NCBI GenBank assembly: GCA_951406725.2
Contig: OX597821.1
Span: 73,408,001-73,472,000, forward strand
Direction of reading: 5' to 3'
Length of the DNA stretch: 64,000 nucleotides
From: Octopus vulgaris
Taxonomy: Eukaryota
Part shown: one piece after another, positions 37,001 through 50,550 of the stretch
Position numbering within the stretch: the first letter of the stretch is position 1
Layout of the letters: every line of letters starts with the position of its first letter
The notes under the pieces: model-generated
What the model saw: the letters and a program-made list of their open reading frames with translations, nothing else
Database searches by the model: none
Told to the model about the DNA's origin: nothing
Program-made: the position numbers and the translations under genes

Positions 37001-37949
37001 TCTCTCAGCCCAAGAAAAAGTTTTATAAAACAACTGACTTTCAAGAACATCAGCTGAAAGCAAAAGTATATTGTTTCACTCAAATAGGAAACAATTAACC
37101 CCTGAATAGTAACAACAACTTCCAGACCCCTTGTTTATGTTTGTAGAAGTTGGGATGTGTACTTTGTTACTACAAAATATTCTGTTCATTGAACAGAACA
37201 ATATTTCGACCCCCCCCCGCTTCAGCTCGTCTTTCTGAGATTAGAGTACGAGTCGGGAAGCAAGAGAGAATTTGATGATGCTTCGCAAGATATTTGGCCT
37301 GGTGCCAGGTTTAGTAAAAAGCAGCCAGTCCACTCTGTAAAATGGTTGGCATTAGGAAGGACATCAAACTGTAGAAACCATTCCGAAACAGACACTAGAA
37401 TCTGGTGTAGTCCTCTGGTTTCCCAGCTCTCGTTATAAACTGTCCAACCCATGCCCGCATGGAAAATGAATGTTAAATGATGAGGAATTACCTTTATGCA
37501 CTGAATAACATCATTACCCTCCCCCAAGCAGCAGCAGCGTTCAAGAATTTGGACCTGTAGATCTCCATTTCCAGCGACTTTGAGAACCACCTCCCAGTGG
37601 TGTCGGGCGTCAACGAAGAGCCCTCGACTACAAGATGACCAAAGTCTTTTATTTTTTTTATCCAAGGTCTGAGGTCTCCCGCCCCTAAGCCCTAGACCAT
37701 CACCTAATCACCCTTACCCGTCTTGTTGCTTAACAACAACAGCAGCAGCAGCAGCAATTTGTAATGATTGTTCCATTTTGTAAGACTTCCATTGTTTTAT
37801 ATATGTTGCTATGTTTGTTTTGTTTTTTTTTGTTCTAGATGTCATAAGTAACCAAGTGCCCCAACCAACACACACATAAAACAATTGGTAAAACATAACA
37901 TAGCATTGTAAGTAATTGGGAAATCTATTGTGTTTATACCGTCTCTGAT

Positions 37950-38270
37950 TCGGCAACCATCAACAACCTACAACGACGAGGGTTCCCGTTGATCCCATCA
38001 ACGGAACATCCTGCTCGTTGAATCAATGTACAAGTGGCTGAGCGCTCCACAGACACATGTACCCTTAACGTAGTTCTTAGGGAGATTCATTGTGATGCAG
38101 AATGGGAAAAGGCTGGCCCTTTGTAATTACAGGTACAACTCCTTTTTGCCAGCTGAGTGGATCTGGAGCCATATGAAATAAAGTGTCTTGCTCAAGGGCA
38201 CACCATGCTGCCAGGGATCGAACTCACCACCTTATGATCGTGAATCAAACACCCCAACCAGTAAGCCACA
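37950..38270 (-). mobile_element. tRNA-derived SINE
   Basis: - strand GTGGCTTACTGG...GAGTTCGATCCC head followed by CCCTTGAGCAAGACACTTTATTTC. Confidence 0.65.
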
Positions 38271-38311
38271 TACTTTCATGTGATATATTCCACTTGATAT
38301 CCAACATGAGT

Positions 38312-38640
38312 GAAGGTGCATGACTCAGTGGTTAGAGCGTCGAGCTTATGATCGTGAGGTTGTGAGCTCGAATCCCAGACCGGGCTGCGTGTTCTTGAGC
38401 AAGACACTTTATTTCACGTTGCTTCAGTTCGCTCAGCTGTAGAAATGAGTTGCAATGTCACAGGTGCCAAGCTGTATCGGCCCCTTGCCTTTCCCTTGGA
38501 TAACATCAGTGGTGTAGAGAGGGGAGGCCGGTATGCATGGGTGACTGCTGGTCTTCCATAAACAACCTTGCCCGGACTTGTGCCTGGGTAACTTTCTAGG
38601 TGCAGTCCCATGGTCTGTGTCATGACCGAAGGGGGTCTCA
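38312..38640 (+). mobile_element. tRNA-derived SINE
   Basis: TGACTCAGTGG A box, GAGCTCGAATCCC B-box-like, TTCTTGAGCAAGACACTTTATTTC central block; related copy at 8690-8960. Confidence 0.72.
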
Positions 38641-38974
38641 GATCCAGTATGATTATCAAATAACCCTAATCCCTGGCTAACTGTAAACAATTACTCCAAG
38701 CTGTTGTTGTGGTAAGCAGGGGGAGTGTTGTAAAATTGATGAATGTTTTGTTGGCTCAGTTCAACTCTTGCGATTGATAAAGGTGTTGGAACTTCATCAG
38801 TCTTGTAACTTAGGTCAACTTTGTCGTTGATCTAAAAACGAAATTGAACAAATTACATTGGATGATGTAGTTCTAGATAGACTATGCACGGGGAAATGAT
38901 GGGATGGTCACAGCTGGAATATTTTTGAGCATAGGTCTGACTTGGAGCTATAAACAGCAATTGATAGAATAGGG

Positions 38975-39380
38975 TTTTAAATCTCACAAGGAGTGATATT
39001 CAGCAACAGTACTTCGTAGTAAAGATTGTTTGCCAACATAACATGGCAGTCCTGGTTTAGGATGAATGTTGCTGTAATTTAGCCCCAGGAGACATTGTCT
39101 CCAGCGTGTTATACTACACAATCTGTGTCCTTATATTTTCAAACACCCCCCACTCAGCTCAAAACAATGTCTGTGTATCGCAATTTCCTGGTTATTCTGT
39201 ACTGATGAAGGGAAATAACCTGGAAATCGGGATACACAGATATTGTTTTGAGGTGAGTGGGGGTGCTAGATTCCCTTGTTCGAAAATATAAGGACACAGA
39301 TCGTGTTGTAAAACCAGCTGGAGATGATGTCTACTGGGGCTAAATTACAGCAACATTAGTCCTAAACCAGGACTGCCATG
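38975..39380. mobile_element. Family B inverted PLE-like element with hammerhead at 39197-39239(+)
   Basis: 39042-39195 is the reverse complement of 39215-39380; CUGAUGA a ggg aaataa cct g GAAA tcggga UA cacag. Confidence 0.75.
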
Positions 39381-39980
39381 AGCTGAGTTGTTTTCCCTTC
39401 TGTGGGAATGTTCTTGGAAAAGGTTCTGTGTATAAGCACCGAAGCAAAATCTTTGGTCACTAAATCTTAAATGTGTATATGGAAGCAGGAACATCTTTTA
39501 GATATTGGATTTCCTCTGTTATTCTTTAAGTTTTCTTGTCATCAATAGATAATGGAAGTAAGGTTGTTTTTTTTTTCTTTTCTCCTTTTTCTTTATTGGT
39601 AAATGTTTCCCAATATTGATCTTTCTATATTGCGTGATTTCTTCTCTAAAAGAAGAAATGGTCTATTAATGATTCAACCATTTTATGGCACCGCAAGAAT
39701 TTGTAACTGGTCACACAACACAGAATGTCTTTGTTTGCATTTCAGTGTGTGTGTGTGTGTGTGTGTAGATGTGTGTGATGGGATTAATAACAGAACTATT
39801 TGACTATCTTTGCTTTCTTTTTTATATTATTCCTAAATATTTACTTTTGTTTTTGTTGTGTATTTAGACTTTGGATGGAATTTCCTGTTTTTTATTTTAT
39901 TTTTCATTATTGTTTTCTATTTCATTCTGGTGTTTGCTGTTCAGAATTCCTGTTCAACTTCTTACCTGGGTGTGTTTTCT

Positions 39981-40526
39981 ATGAGGCTGAGTCAAAAAGT
40001 AATGTCATTTTGTTTAGGACAGGTATAATTACCAACACAGGAACATGTATCATACATCAAAATGAAGCTGGTCCTCTGTGGATCACATCCTTACTTCTCA
40101 ACCTAGTCACTGTTTCTCTCAATAGCAATGTTCCACCTTCGAATGAGAACATGTATCCTTGCCCCATAATATTCTGTTGACTGTTCTGTGAGCCATTTCT
40201 TCACTACAGTTTTCACTTCCTCATCACTGGAATGATGTTTGCCTCTCAAAACCTCTTTCATGGGATTGAAGAGATGATAGTCCGGTGAAGAGGAAGTGAA
40301 AACTGTAGTGAAGAAGTAACTCAAAATCAACAGAATTTTACGGGGCAAGGATATATGCTCTCATTCGAAGGTGGAACATTGCTATTGAGAGAAATGGTGA
40401 CTATGTTGAAAAGTAGGGATGTGATCCACAGTGGACCAGCTTCATTTTGATTTATGATACATGTTCTTGTGTTGGTAATTATACCTGTCCTAAACAAAAT
40501 GGCTTTACTTTTTGATTGACCTTTGA
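39981..40526. mobile_element. Palindromic MITE made of two mariner 3' ends
   Basis: Arms encode SPDYHLF...SDEEVKTVVKKWL...RWNIAIERNGDYVEK (mariner transposase C-terminus); arms of about 250 bp are reverse complements. Confidence 0.82.
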
Positions 40527-41985
40527 TTGTACAACCAACTGCAAACTGGTTTGTAACTTTGGTACAGAACCAGCTTTTATTAGAGATTAGTGAAGCATTG
40601 GGGGAGTCATAATCAGCTGAATCACCCTTGCTGTATTACTGGTGCTCAGTCTGGTCTTTACATTTGTACTCAGTGACCTGTCATCTCTGCTCTTGCCCTT
40701 AATATAATCCTCCTCTTGTCACTCCTAATACACTTCACTCCTCTGAACTCCCACGACTATTGCTCTCTACCCATAGCTCCTCCCCTGCAACGATATTTGA
40801 GCACACCTATGATCAAAAACATTCCATATAACCATCCCAGCTTTTTCAGGACTGTCTAAGACTGGATTATTTGTTTTTTCTCTTATTTAATGTTGTTGAG
40901 TGTAGTTTGAGAGGTATTTGGTTGTTTTTTCTGGCATGTCAAAAGACTACATAAAAGTCTCCTTTTCTTTGAGATAGAATTGGTGAAACTAACTCTGAGT
41001 GTAGATATTATTATTATTGTTATTATTATTATTTGCTTAAAAAAAAGATTTACATACAAATTACACTTGTTGTTCTTTTTAAAAATATTGCTGAAATAAG
41101 TTCAGATCCATTTGGGTATCACAAACATAAAGGTAGTTCTGCTGTGTGTGTGTGTGTGTGCGTGTGCGCACGCGCATGCGTGCGTGAGAAACCGCAAGTC
41201 ACAAAGTTCTCCATTGACAAGCTTCAAATATTTGTGTCGAGATGTCTCTTGAACATCTTCAGGGTGGTGATGGCAAAACAAACTCTCAAACAAAACCAGC
41301 AACCCCTTGAAACCCAGATCAAGAAAAGTAAATAGGGTTTGGCTGTGGGAACCCTTTTCCAATATTACAAAGCATGACCTCTGATTGGCATCTGTTGGGA
41401 AATGGAAGCACGGCAGACCTAGAACAACATGGAAACAGTCTACAGAAACTGAAGCATTGATGAGTTGGGGATAGGGAATTGGTTTGTTCTTTTGTATCAT
41501 CATCATCATCATCATCATTTAACATCCGTTTTCCATGCTAGCATGGGTTGGACAGTTTGACCGGAGTCTGATAAGCCATGGAGGCTGCACCAGGCTCTAG
41601 TCTGATTTGGCAGAGTTTCTACAGCTGGATGCGCTTCCTAACGCCAATCACTCCGTGAGTGTAGTCGGTGCTTTTAACATGCCACCGGCACGGGGGCCAG
41701 AGCAGGCTGGCAAATGGCCACGATCGGTTGGTGCTTTTACGTGCCACTGACACGGACGCCAGTCAGGCAGCGCTGGCATCTGCCACATTCGGACGGTGCT
41801 TTTTACGTGTCACTGGCACGGGTGTCTTAACAATTTCCAATTGAATTTTATCTGGCATCTGCCATGTTTGGACGGTTGTATGTTTTGAAAATTAAGGAAA
41901 TGTGTTTTGAAAAAAGTTAATGGTGTATTTTCATTTTTAATGAAATGTTGTCAACATAATATCTTTGTTTGCTTGTCTCCAACAG

Positions 41986-42182
41986 TTCGATGGTTCTGTG
42001 AACAGGAAAGCAGACTCTTTCAGTTTATCGTCTGATTGGAATAATATCAAAAGCTCCGACTCAAAAGCTCTCACTCAACAGTCAATGTCCCTGAACAGTT
42101 TATTGCCAGACACTCCAGAAGAGGACCCTTTCTTTGATGATCCCTTTCTACCTACATCTCCCGGACTCAAAGCATTAAGTCG
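41986..42182 (+). CDS. CEP43: CEP43 exon (FDGSVNRK...EEDPFFDDPFLPTSPGLKALS)
   Basis: tctccaacag / gtgagt; phase 0-2; FFDDP motif as in vertebrate FOP (DSFFDDPIP). Confidence 0.83.
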
Positions 42183-45100
42183 GTGAGTGGTTTTATGTCG
42201 TGGCTTTCGTGATTTGTCCACTTCGATCATTTCATCGCTTTGTTTTTTCAATATATTGACTTTGTTTTCATAATATTCAGCTTCACCACAGAAAAAAAAA
42301 ACACCAAAAAAAAAAAAACATTTACTAAATTTTGGATCCTGATCATTTCCAGATTATATTTCATTTGGTCAATTTGTTTTCGTAACTATAAGCTGCTTTC
42401 TGTATGTGATATCTATTTTAATTATGTTTCACAAAGAACACTGTTATAATTAGTGTGGTGATTAACACTAGGTTTTTAATTGGCAAATAATTTAATGGAG
42501 GATTTTCCATTAAAGCTGCACAAAACTGTTTGACATTCTTTGTTTACATCAAAACCAAACAAGAACCAACTGGAATCCCCAACGGCTTTCATTGTTCCAC
42601 ACCAAACTCTTCTCTGTCTTTGACTGGATTTTAACCATCGAAATTGTTTGCAAGCTAATTGTGTCTACAAATACACCCCTGTACTCCACCCTGTGTATTG
42701 CTATACACTATACCAGTGGGTCCTAATCTGGGGTCCATCACCTCCTGGTGGTTTGCAGACCCATGGGCGTTTGCTGACTCCTGGTGGTCTGCAAAAGGTA
42801 GTACTGGGTGGGGGTGGGTGTCCATGAACTAAATCGAAAATTTTATATGTATGATGATGTATGCTTAAGGAGAAGCATGTTAAAAGGGGTCTGTGGGGAA
42901 AACTCAGATAAAATGGTTGGGAATCACTTGGAAACCACTGCACTACATATTCATCATCATAATCATCATCATCGTTGTTTAATGTCTGCTTTCCATGCTG
43001 GCATGGGTTGGACAGTTTGACTGAGAACTTGTAAGCCAGAAGGCTGCACCAGGCTCAATCTGATCTGGCAAAGTTTCTACAGCTGGATTCCCTTCCTAAC
43101 ACCAACCACTCCGAGAGTGCAGTGGGTGCTTTTATGTGCCACTGGCACAAGGACCAGTCAGGCAGTACTAGTAACGACCATGCTCAAGAGGTGTTTTTCA
43201 TGTGCCACCTGCACAGGAGCCAGTCTTGCGGCATTGGCAACGATCATGCATCATGCTCGGATGTGCTTTTAACGTTCCACTGGCACGAGTACCAATCGGG
43301 CAGTACTGTCATCGGCCACGTCAGCCATTTTGATTTGATTTAATTAAGTGCCTTCATTATTTCTAGATTAATTCTAACGAGCACTGGCCCCTTGAAATTG
43401 TCCAGTCTTTTATCTGAATGTTTATTTTGAATGGTTGGTTGTTTTTTTGTTCTTCTTCCTCTTTGCCATCAGCCACGATGACAAATATCCTGGTGGTGCC
43501 CTGGGGCTGATTCTGCAAATGAAATGAAAGTGTCTTGGGTTGAAACCCAGAGTTCCATCCGATCAGCTCTGTTACCATTTTCTTCATGAAAGAAAGATCT
43601 GGGAGTTCAGTTCTGCACTGAGCACATTCAACCTTTTCCCAAGCCGACTGATATGGGGGTGGGGGTATCTACGTTGCTCGACCAGCTAGAAATAGCAACC
43701 AAATATCCCTTGTCTCACAGTCTTCTGGTCATTTCCAAAGTAAAGAAACAATGGATAGATGCACTATCTGAATATAAGATGGGATGGTCGTAGCCAGATT
43801 GTCTTTGATCATCTGCTCAAATAGGGCTGACTGGTATTTAATTGACAATAATTTGAATTAATGAGGTTTAAAATAGTTGAACTTGTTTATGAGGTGGAGG
43901 GAGTCCACAAAGGAGTGTTGTAGGATCATGATGGTCGTGTCAGATCCCTCAACTTGCTAGAAATAGAAAACAAATTCCCCTCATATTATACCCTACTACT
44001 CTTCAAAATAAAATGGAAGATAAAGGTACATTGAATAATGTGGTCCTTGATAAACTGTGCCTAAAAATGAGGAGGAGGGATGTTCATGGTTGGGATGCCT
44101 TTCATCATACTTATTTAACTAAGGTTAATCTGGTATGAAATAATACCACCACCACAGCCACCACCACTGCCAACAACAACAACAACACCACCACCACCAC
44201 CACCACAAGTATTTGAAAGGCAATGTTGATCTTGATAAGATTTGAACTCTGAATTAAAGGGCTTTCGCTAACTACCACTATTCAATTTGTCTGAATAATA
44301 ATAATAATGGTTTCAAATTTTGCCACAATTTTTGGGGCGGGGATAAGTCGATTACATCGACCCAGTGATGCAAGGTAAAGTCGACCTCAGTGGAATTTGA
44401 ACTCAGAATGTAGCAGTGGATGAAATGCTGCTAAGCATTTTGTCCACCGTGCTGACGATTTTGCCAGCTCACTCCCTTAATAATAAATGCTCTGATACTG
44501 CACCAGGCAGTGGTTCTCATGGCTTAAATGCCCTGATGCAGTACCAAGCAGTGGCTTTCATGGCTTCTGATCTTAACTGATTGGAAGTGTTATCATGTAC
44601 ATTGTTTTGTCTTGATATAAAAGATGGGCTACAGCAAATATTCTGCTCAATACCACAGATTTGCTTGTCAGTTGTTTGAGCATGTCCCTTAGTGGCTGAC
44701 GATATGTGCATCTCTGATCATGAGCAGAAGTAGTCGGGGAGCATCATGGCCATGTGTTGAGAGGGATTCTTTGGGGTTTGAATAATTCACCTCTGGAAAC
44801 ATGAGTGTTTCGTTTCACATCCTTAAACAATCCTTATTCAGGGACCTTTTGAGTAGGATGGGCTACTCGACCAAAAGAAAATTCTAGCTGGGCCCCACCT
44901 GCAAAGTCATGTGCTGTTTATCTTGATATGAGATCACCATGTCACGCACATATGATTGTGATGCATGTGCCCAGTGTACCCTTATCACACGAATAGTCAT
45001 GATGGGTATACTGGGCTTTGTATATTTTACCCCAGTGTCACTTTGACGGCATACACTACTCTCTCACTCAATAATGTGTTTCTAAGCATAAGGTCAGAAG

Positions 45101-45810
45101 TTTTTTTTTCTTGGAGAAGGGTGTCAGAACTATTTGATTTTATTTGCTCCAATACTTCTGTTAGCCCTGGGGGAATTAACCACAGTGGGATTTGAACTTA
45201 GAATGTAAAGAATCCAAAGAAATACTCCCAAAACATTTCATTCAGTTCTCATTTGATTCTGTCCTGACAATGCTCTTATAATAATGATTTCTTAGTCAAG
45301 TAGTGGGGGGCGGGGGGTAAATTATATCAAATGCCCCCTTCCCCTCGTGCCAGTCTATTTTTTTTTTCAACCTTGGAAAAATGGAAGGGGATTTGAAGTT
45401 AGAATGTAAATAGCTGGGATGAATACCACAAGGTATTTTATCTGATCCCCCAACAATCTTGTCAATCTGCTGTCTTTAATGATGATGATGATGATGGTTT
45501 CAAATTTTGGCACAATGCCTGCAATTTTAGAGAGTGAGTATCAGTTGATTACATCAACCCCAGTACTTTCATGGAACATGGTTGTTCAATGATGATGATA
45601 TTAAAATGTGTGTATGTGCATGTGTGTGTGTGTATATGTATATATAAAATATGAATTAGAGATAAAACCACTATTATGCAACTCAAACAATGATAGACAT
45701 AAACCAGTACATAAATAACAAATAATATATATATAATTAATATAATATATATATATATATTTTTTTTTTTCAAAAAGTATAAAATGAATGATAAATATAA
45801 TATAATAAGT

Positions 45811-45917
45811 AAAAACACTACGTATGTTTCATGGCTATAATTAAATTCGAATTACAATTAAGTTTAAATTCAATTGAAATAAATTTGAACTAAAATTATA
45901 GTCAATCTTCAGGTTAA
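45811..45917 (-). ncRNA. Probable decayed hammerhead with long AT-rich stem II
   Basis: CUGAAGA t tgactataatt...aattatagcca t GAAA catacgtagtgUU; near-palindromic stem III, weak stem I. Confidence 0.45.
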
Positions 45918-46369
45918 TGAATATATTTATTATATATGTGTAAAAATAAGGTTTAAGGTGAAAAAGCACAGAAATCTTGTTTCTGTAGATGATTATTTAA
46001 TCCATACACACAAACATGCTTTTTTTTTTAACATTAGTCCAGTGAGAGGTTTTAGGCATTGCTTTATTTCATCTCTTTGATTAACGAGGCCCTGATGTAA
46101 TAGACGCTCTGTTCAGATTTCTACGTTAATCTGCAAGATGAAGAGAATTACCATAGAGTTCGGTCTTAGCCATTCATCAGCAAATCTCTGAAACAGACTC
46201 TAGATATATAAAAACACACACACACACACACACACACACCTCTTCTCTTTGCACTGCTCTACCCATCCATGTATCTCCTACTCAACCTTTCTTCTCCTTC
46301 CCCACTGCCCTTATCCTTTTCTTTCCTGTTACCCTCACACTGTCTATATTAGTCTTTTCCTCTGCCATG

Positions 46370-46401
<32 letters not shown>

Positions 46402-48551
46402 CTCTCTCCCTCCCTCTTTCTCTATCTTTTTCTCTCTCTCTCTTTCTTTCTCACTTTTTCCCCCCCCATCTCTCTCATCAGTAAATCTGTTGTAACTCCA
46501 TTAAGAACCGTTTCAATTCTTGATGAATCTTTCGATCCATTCTGGTTTCATAGGTCCCACCTTTTCAGCTCCCCCCCATTACCATGGGGGATAGTATTGC
46601 ACCCCTTCTGTCTGTCTCTCTCTCTCTCCCCCCCTTCACACAAATCCCTCACATAACTCATTCCCACTCCTTCTCCCTTTGTCTCCTCTACTCCTACCCC
46701 AACTCTATTCTCTCTGTTATTCTCACCAGTATCATCCCCTCACCCCAACGCTCACCTGTCCCTCATCGATCGGCTCCCTTTTTTGCTTTGTAAGCTGTAA
46801 GGCAACTCCAACAGTGCTGGGGGCCACAAAGAACATCCACTACATTCCTTAAATGGTTGGTAATTGATTTAAATAGCAACAATACAGGGTTTAAGGAGAC
46901 TCTTTAGTCTTGCCGAGGTTAAGGCAGCCTCTACAGTGTTGGTGCCAACATAAAATGCACTCAGTCCCATTCTGTAAATTGGTTGGTTTTAGGAAGGGCA
47001 TCTAGCTTTAGAAATCATGGCCAAAACGAGAGATTGGAGTAAGGCAGGGTCCTCTGATCCTCAACCCCTTTTGAACCCTCTTACCCAACATGGGCATAGA
47101 AAATGAACATGAATTATTACATGCATACATTGTGCGTGTGTTTAAAATATGAACATGTATAATTTTGAATTTACAAAGGGATGAAAAAGTATTTGACACA
47201 TAAAGTAGTTTTATTCATTTATTTGAGATCGAAAGGGCTTCTATCTGTCACCCCCTCTCTCTCTCACACACAATCTGTAGCTTTTTCTCTTAGCTAAATA
47301 TTGGATTTTGAGAAATTTATTCTTTACAAGGATTAGACAATTTAAAAAAATTTTTCTACCAAAAGTTTCCCCCCCACCAAAAAAATGAATGCAAAAGAAA
47401 GAAAAGACAAAAACCACTAAAATTTTAGTAATAGAATTATTTCTTTAAGAATCCCTGTATTTTTGAAGAAGGCAGCTTTTATGGTTAGTCAGTTCTTAAA
47501 AAAACGTCTTTATTCCAGAAACTGTTTTTTTTTGTGGCAATATTGATATTTCCATTTTGTAATTCTTTACAAATTCATTGAAAATAAAAGAAAACAAACA
47601 ACGAACAAAATAAACAATGTACCAAATTTTTTTAATGAGTTTATGTGTGTGTTTTTTTTTTTAATTACACATTTCCTTTTAAAAATAAATTTGTCCTCAA
47701 AAATATATTTTATTTCTATATTTAGAAATACTTCAGTTTCCTTATTTTTTTGTTGAATCAATAAAATTCTGTTTTTTTCTTTTGTTGCCTGCTGCATCAG
47801 TTATCACGCACACACACACACACCATTAGCCCAGTGAATGAATTTGGTAGATGGGTGATGGTGCCATGTAAAAAGCACTGCTGCTGGTGCCACATAAAAA
47901 GCATTGGTGCTATATTAGGAGCAGTGGTGCCAGAATAAAATAGTAACCAAAGGGGTCCATAGATAAAAAAAAAAAATGGTTGAGCCACTGATTTAGGAAA
48001 ATGAATTCATAGCACCATTTAAGTGCGGTCAATGTTAGTGCCGCCTGACTGACCCCCGTGCTGGTGACATGTAAAAAGCACCATTTGAGCATGGTTGATG
48101 CCAGTGTCACCTGACTGGCCCCTGTGCCAGTGGCATGTAAAAAGCACCATTTGAGTGTGGCCAATGCCAATGCCACCTGACTGGCCCCTCATACAAGTAG
48201 CATGTTGCTGGTGTCCTGTAAATGGCACCTGTGCCGGTGGCACACAAAAAGCACCCATTACACTCTGTGGAGTGGTTGGCATTAGGAACGGAATTTAGCC
48301 ATAGAAACTTTGCCAAAATACACCCAACTGGAGCCTGGTGCAGCTCTCTGGCCTTGCCAGCTCCTGTCAATCTGTTTAATCCATAGCAGCATGGAAAATG
48401 AACATTTTTTAAAAATGATGATGAGGAATACACACACACCAAAAGTAAAACTCAGCCCTTGATAAGAAATATTGACTGAATGCTTCATAAATGAAAGTAT
48501 CTGGAACTGAAGCAGAGCAATCAGAAGCTCCTTCTCCTCTTCCTCCTCCTC

Positions 48552-48582
<31 letters not shown>

Positions 48583-49269
48583 GCAAGGCTGTGATGATCA
48601 TCGACCTGAACATTTGTTGTTTTATTACGATTTGATTGGCAAAGTAGCTCAGAAGATGGCTTCATACCATCCACGTGTGAATCGAATGCATGTTTTATTA
48701 AATCTTTCTCAAGATCTTTCTAAGGTTCCAACCAAGCATGGATAAAGTTTATGATTTGCTCTACGTCAGAAGATCAAACTCACAAACAGTGACCTCTTTA
48801 TGTCAGCTAACTAGAATTCTTGGTCAGGAAGAGATCTTAACAAGCTCTTTAAAGTTACACTTGCTGCTTTTCCCTCCATGATTTTGCATTAATTACTTAT
48901 TATTTTATTATTTGTTATTTAAAAAAAAAAGAAAAAAAAAAAGAATTTTGTATACTTTTTTTAGGTTAAAAAAATGTTAACAGGTTTTGCTTTCATTCAA
49001 GATGTGAAGAGACCAAGGTGTGCATTTAATGTCTCTCTCTCCTATCTATCTATCTTATCTATCTCTATCGTGTGTGTAGTTTGTGTGTGTACAAGGAATA
49101 TATTTATTCTGCAATACCCGTTTGATTCCTTTCATTTCTAAGTTCATCTCGACATGCTTAGTTTTTGTGCAGGGGTGTGTATGTATATATGTATATATAT
49201 GTATATGTTTGTTTTATTTTTGCATTTATATAAGTTTAAGCATGTGTGTTTACTTAAATAATAGCAATA

Positions 49270-50550
49270 CTTTCATATTTCGGCACGAGGCCAGCAATTT
49301 TGGGAAGGCGATAAGTTTACATTGACCCCAGTGCGTAACTAGTACTTATTTCATTGACTCTGAAAAGATGAACAAAATCAACTTCAGCCAAATTTGAACT
49401 CAGACAGAATGCCACTGTTTTAACCAGCGTGCTAACGGTTCTCCTACCTTGACATTAATAATGATAATAACTACTTGAGTTTTATAGTATAATAATAATA
49501 ATAAGGGTTTCAGATTTTGCAACAAGGGCCACAATTTTGGGAGAGGGGATTAGTTAATTACATCGACCCCCAGTATTTCACTGTTACTTAATTTATCCAC
49601 CTTGAAAGGATGAAAGGTAAAGTCGAACCTGATGGAATTTGATCTCAGAACGTAATGGCAGACGAAATACTGCTAAGCATTTCGCCCAGCGTGCTGACGT
49701 TTCTTATTTCTTTATTGCCCACGTAGAGGAGACAAACAAGGACAGACAAACGGATTAAGTTGATTATATCGATCCTAGTGTGAAACTGGTACTTATTTAA
49801 TCGACCCCGAAAGGATGAAAGGCAAAGTTGACTTCAGAATTTGAACTCAGAACATGACGGCAGACGAAATACCGCTTAGCATTTCGCCCGGTGTGCTAAC
49901 ATTTCTGCCGGCACCCCGCCTTGACGATTCTGCCAGCTCATCACCTTTATAATAATAATAATAATATCCTTTTCTACTACAGACACAAGGTCTGAAATTT
50001 GTGGAGAGAGGACCAATTGATTACATCAACCCCAGTATGCAACTGGTACTAAATTTATCAACCTGAAAGGATGAAATGCAAAGTCGACCTTGACAGAATT
50101 TGAACTTGGAGCGTAAAGATGGATGAAATATCGCTAAGCATTTTGTCCAACATGCTAACGATTTTGCCAGCTTGCTGCCTTAATGATAATTATAATTTTT
50201 ACTACTGGAGGCACAAGGCATCAAATTTTCTGGGAGGGGACTAGTTGATTACATCGACCCCAATTCATGACTGGTACTTATTTAATCGACCCCGAAAGGA
50301 AGAAAGGCAAAGTCGACCTCGGAATTTGAATTCGGAACGTAGCAGCAGATGAAATACTTATTTCTTTATTGCCCACAAGGGGCTAAACGTAGAAGGGACA
50401 GACAAACGGATTAAGTCGATTACATCGACCCCAGTGCATAACTGGTACTTAATTTATCGACCCTGAAAGGATGAAAGGCAAAGTCGACCTCGGTGGAAGA
50501 TGAAATACTGCTAAGCATTTTGTCTGGTGTGCTAATGATTTTGCTATGTA
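49270..50550 (-). repeat. Cluster of about seven same-orientation SINE copies, partly nested, separated by (AAT)n
   Basis: Repeated CATCGACCCCAG...CTGGTACTTA...GAAAGGATGAAAGGCAAAGTCGACC...GAATTTGAACTCAG. Confidence 0.8.
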
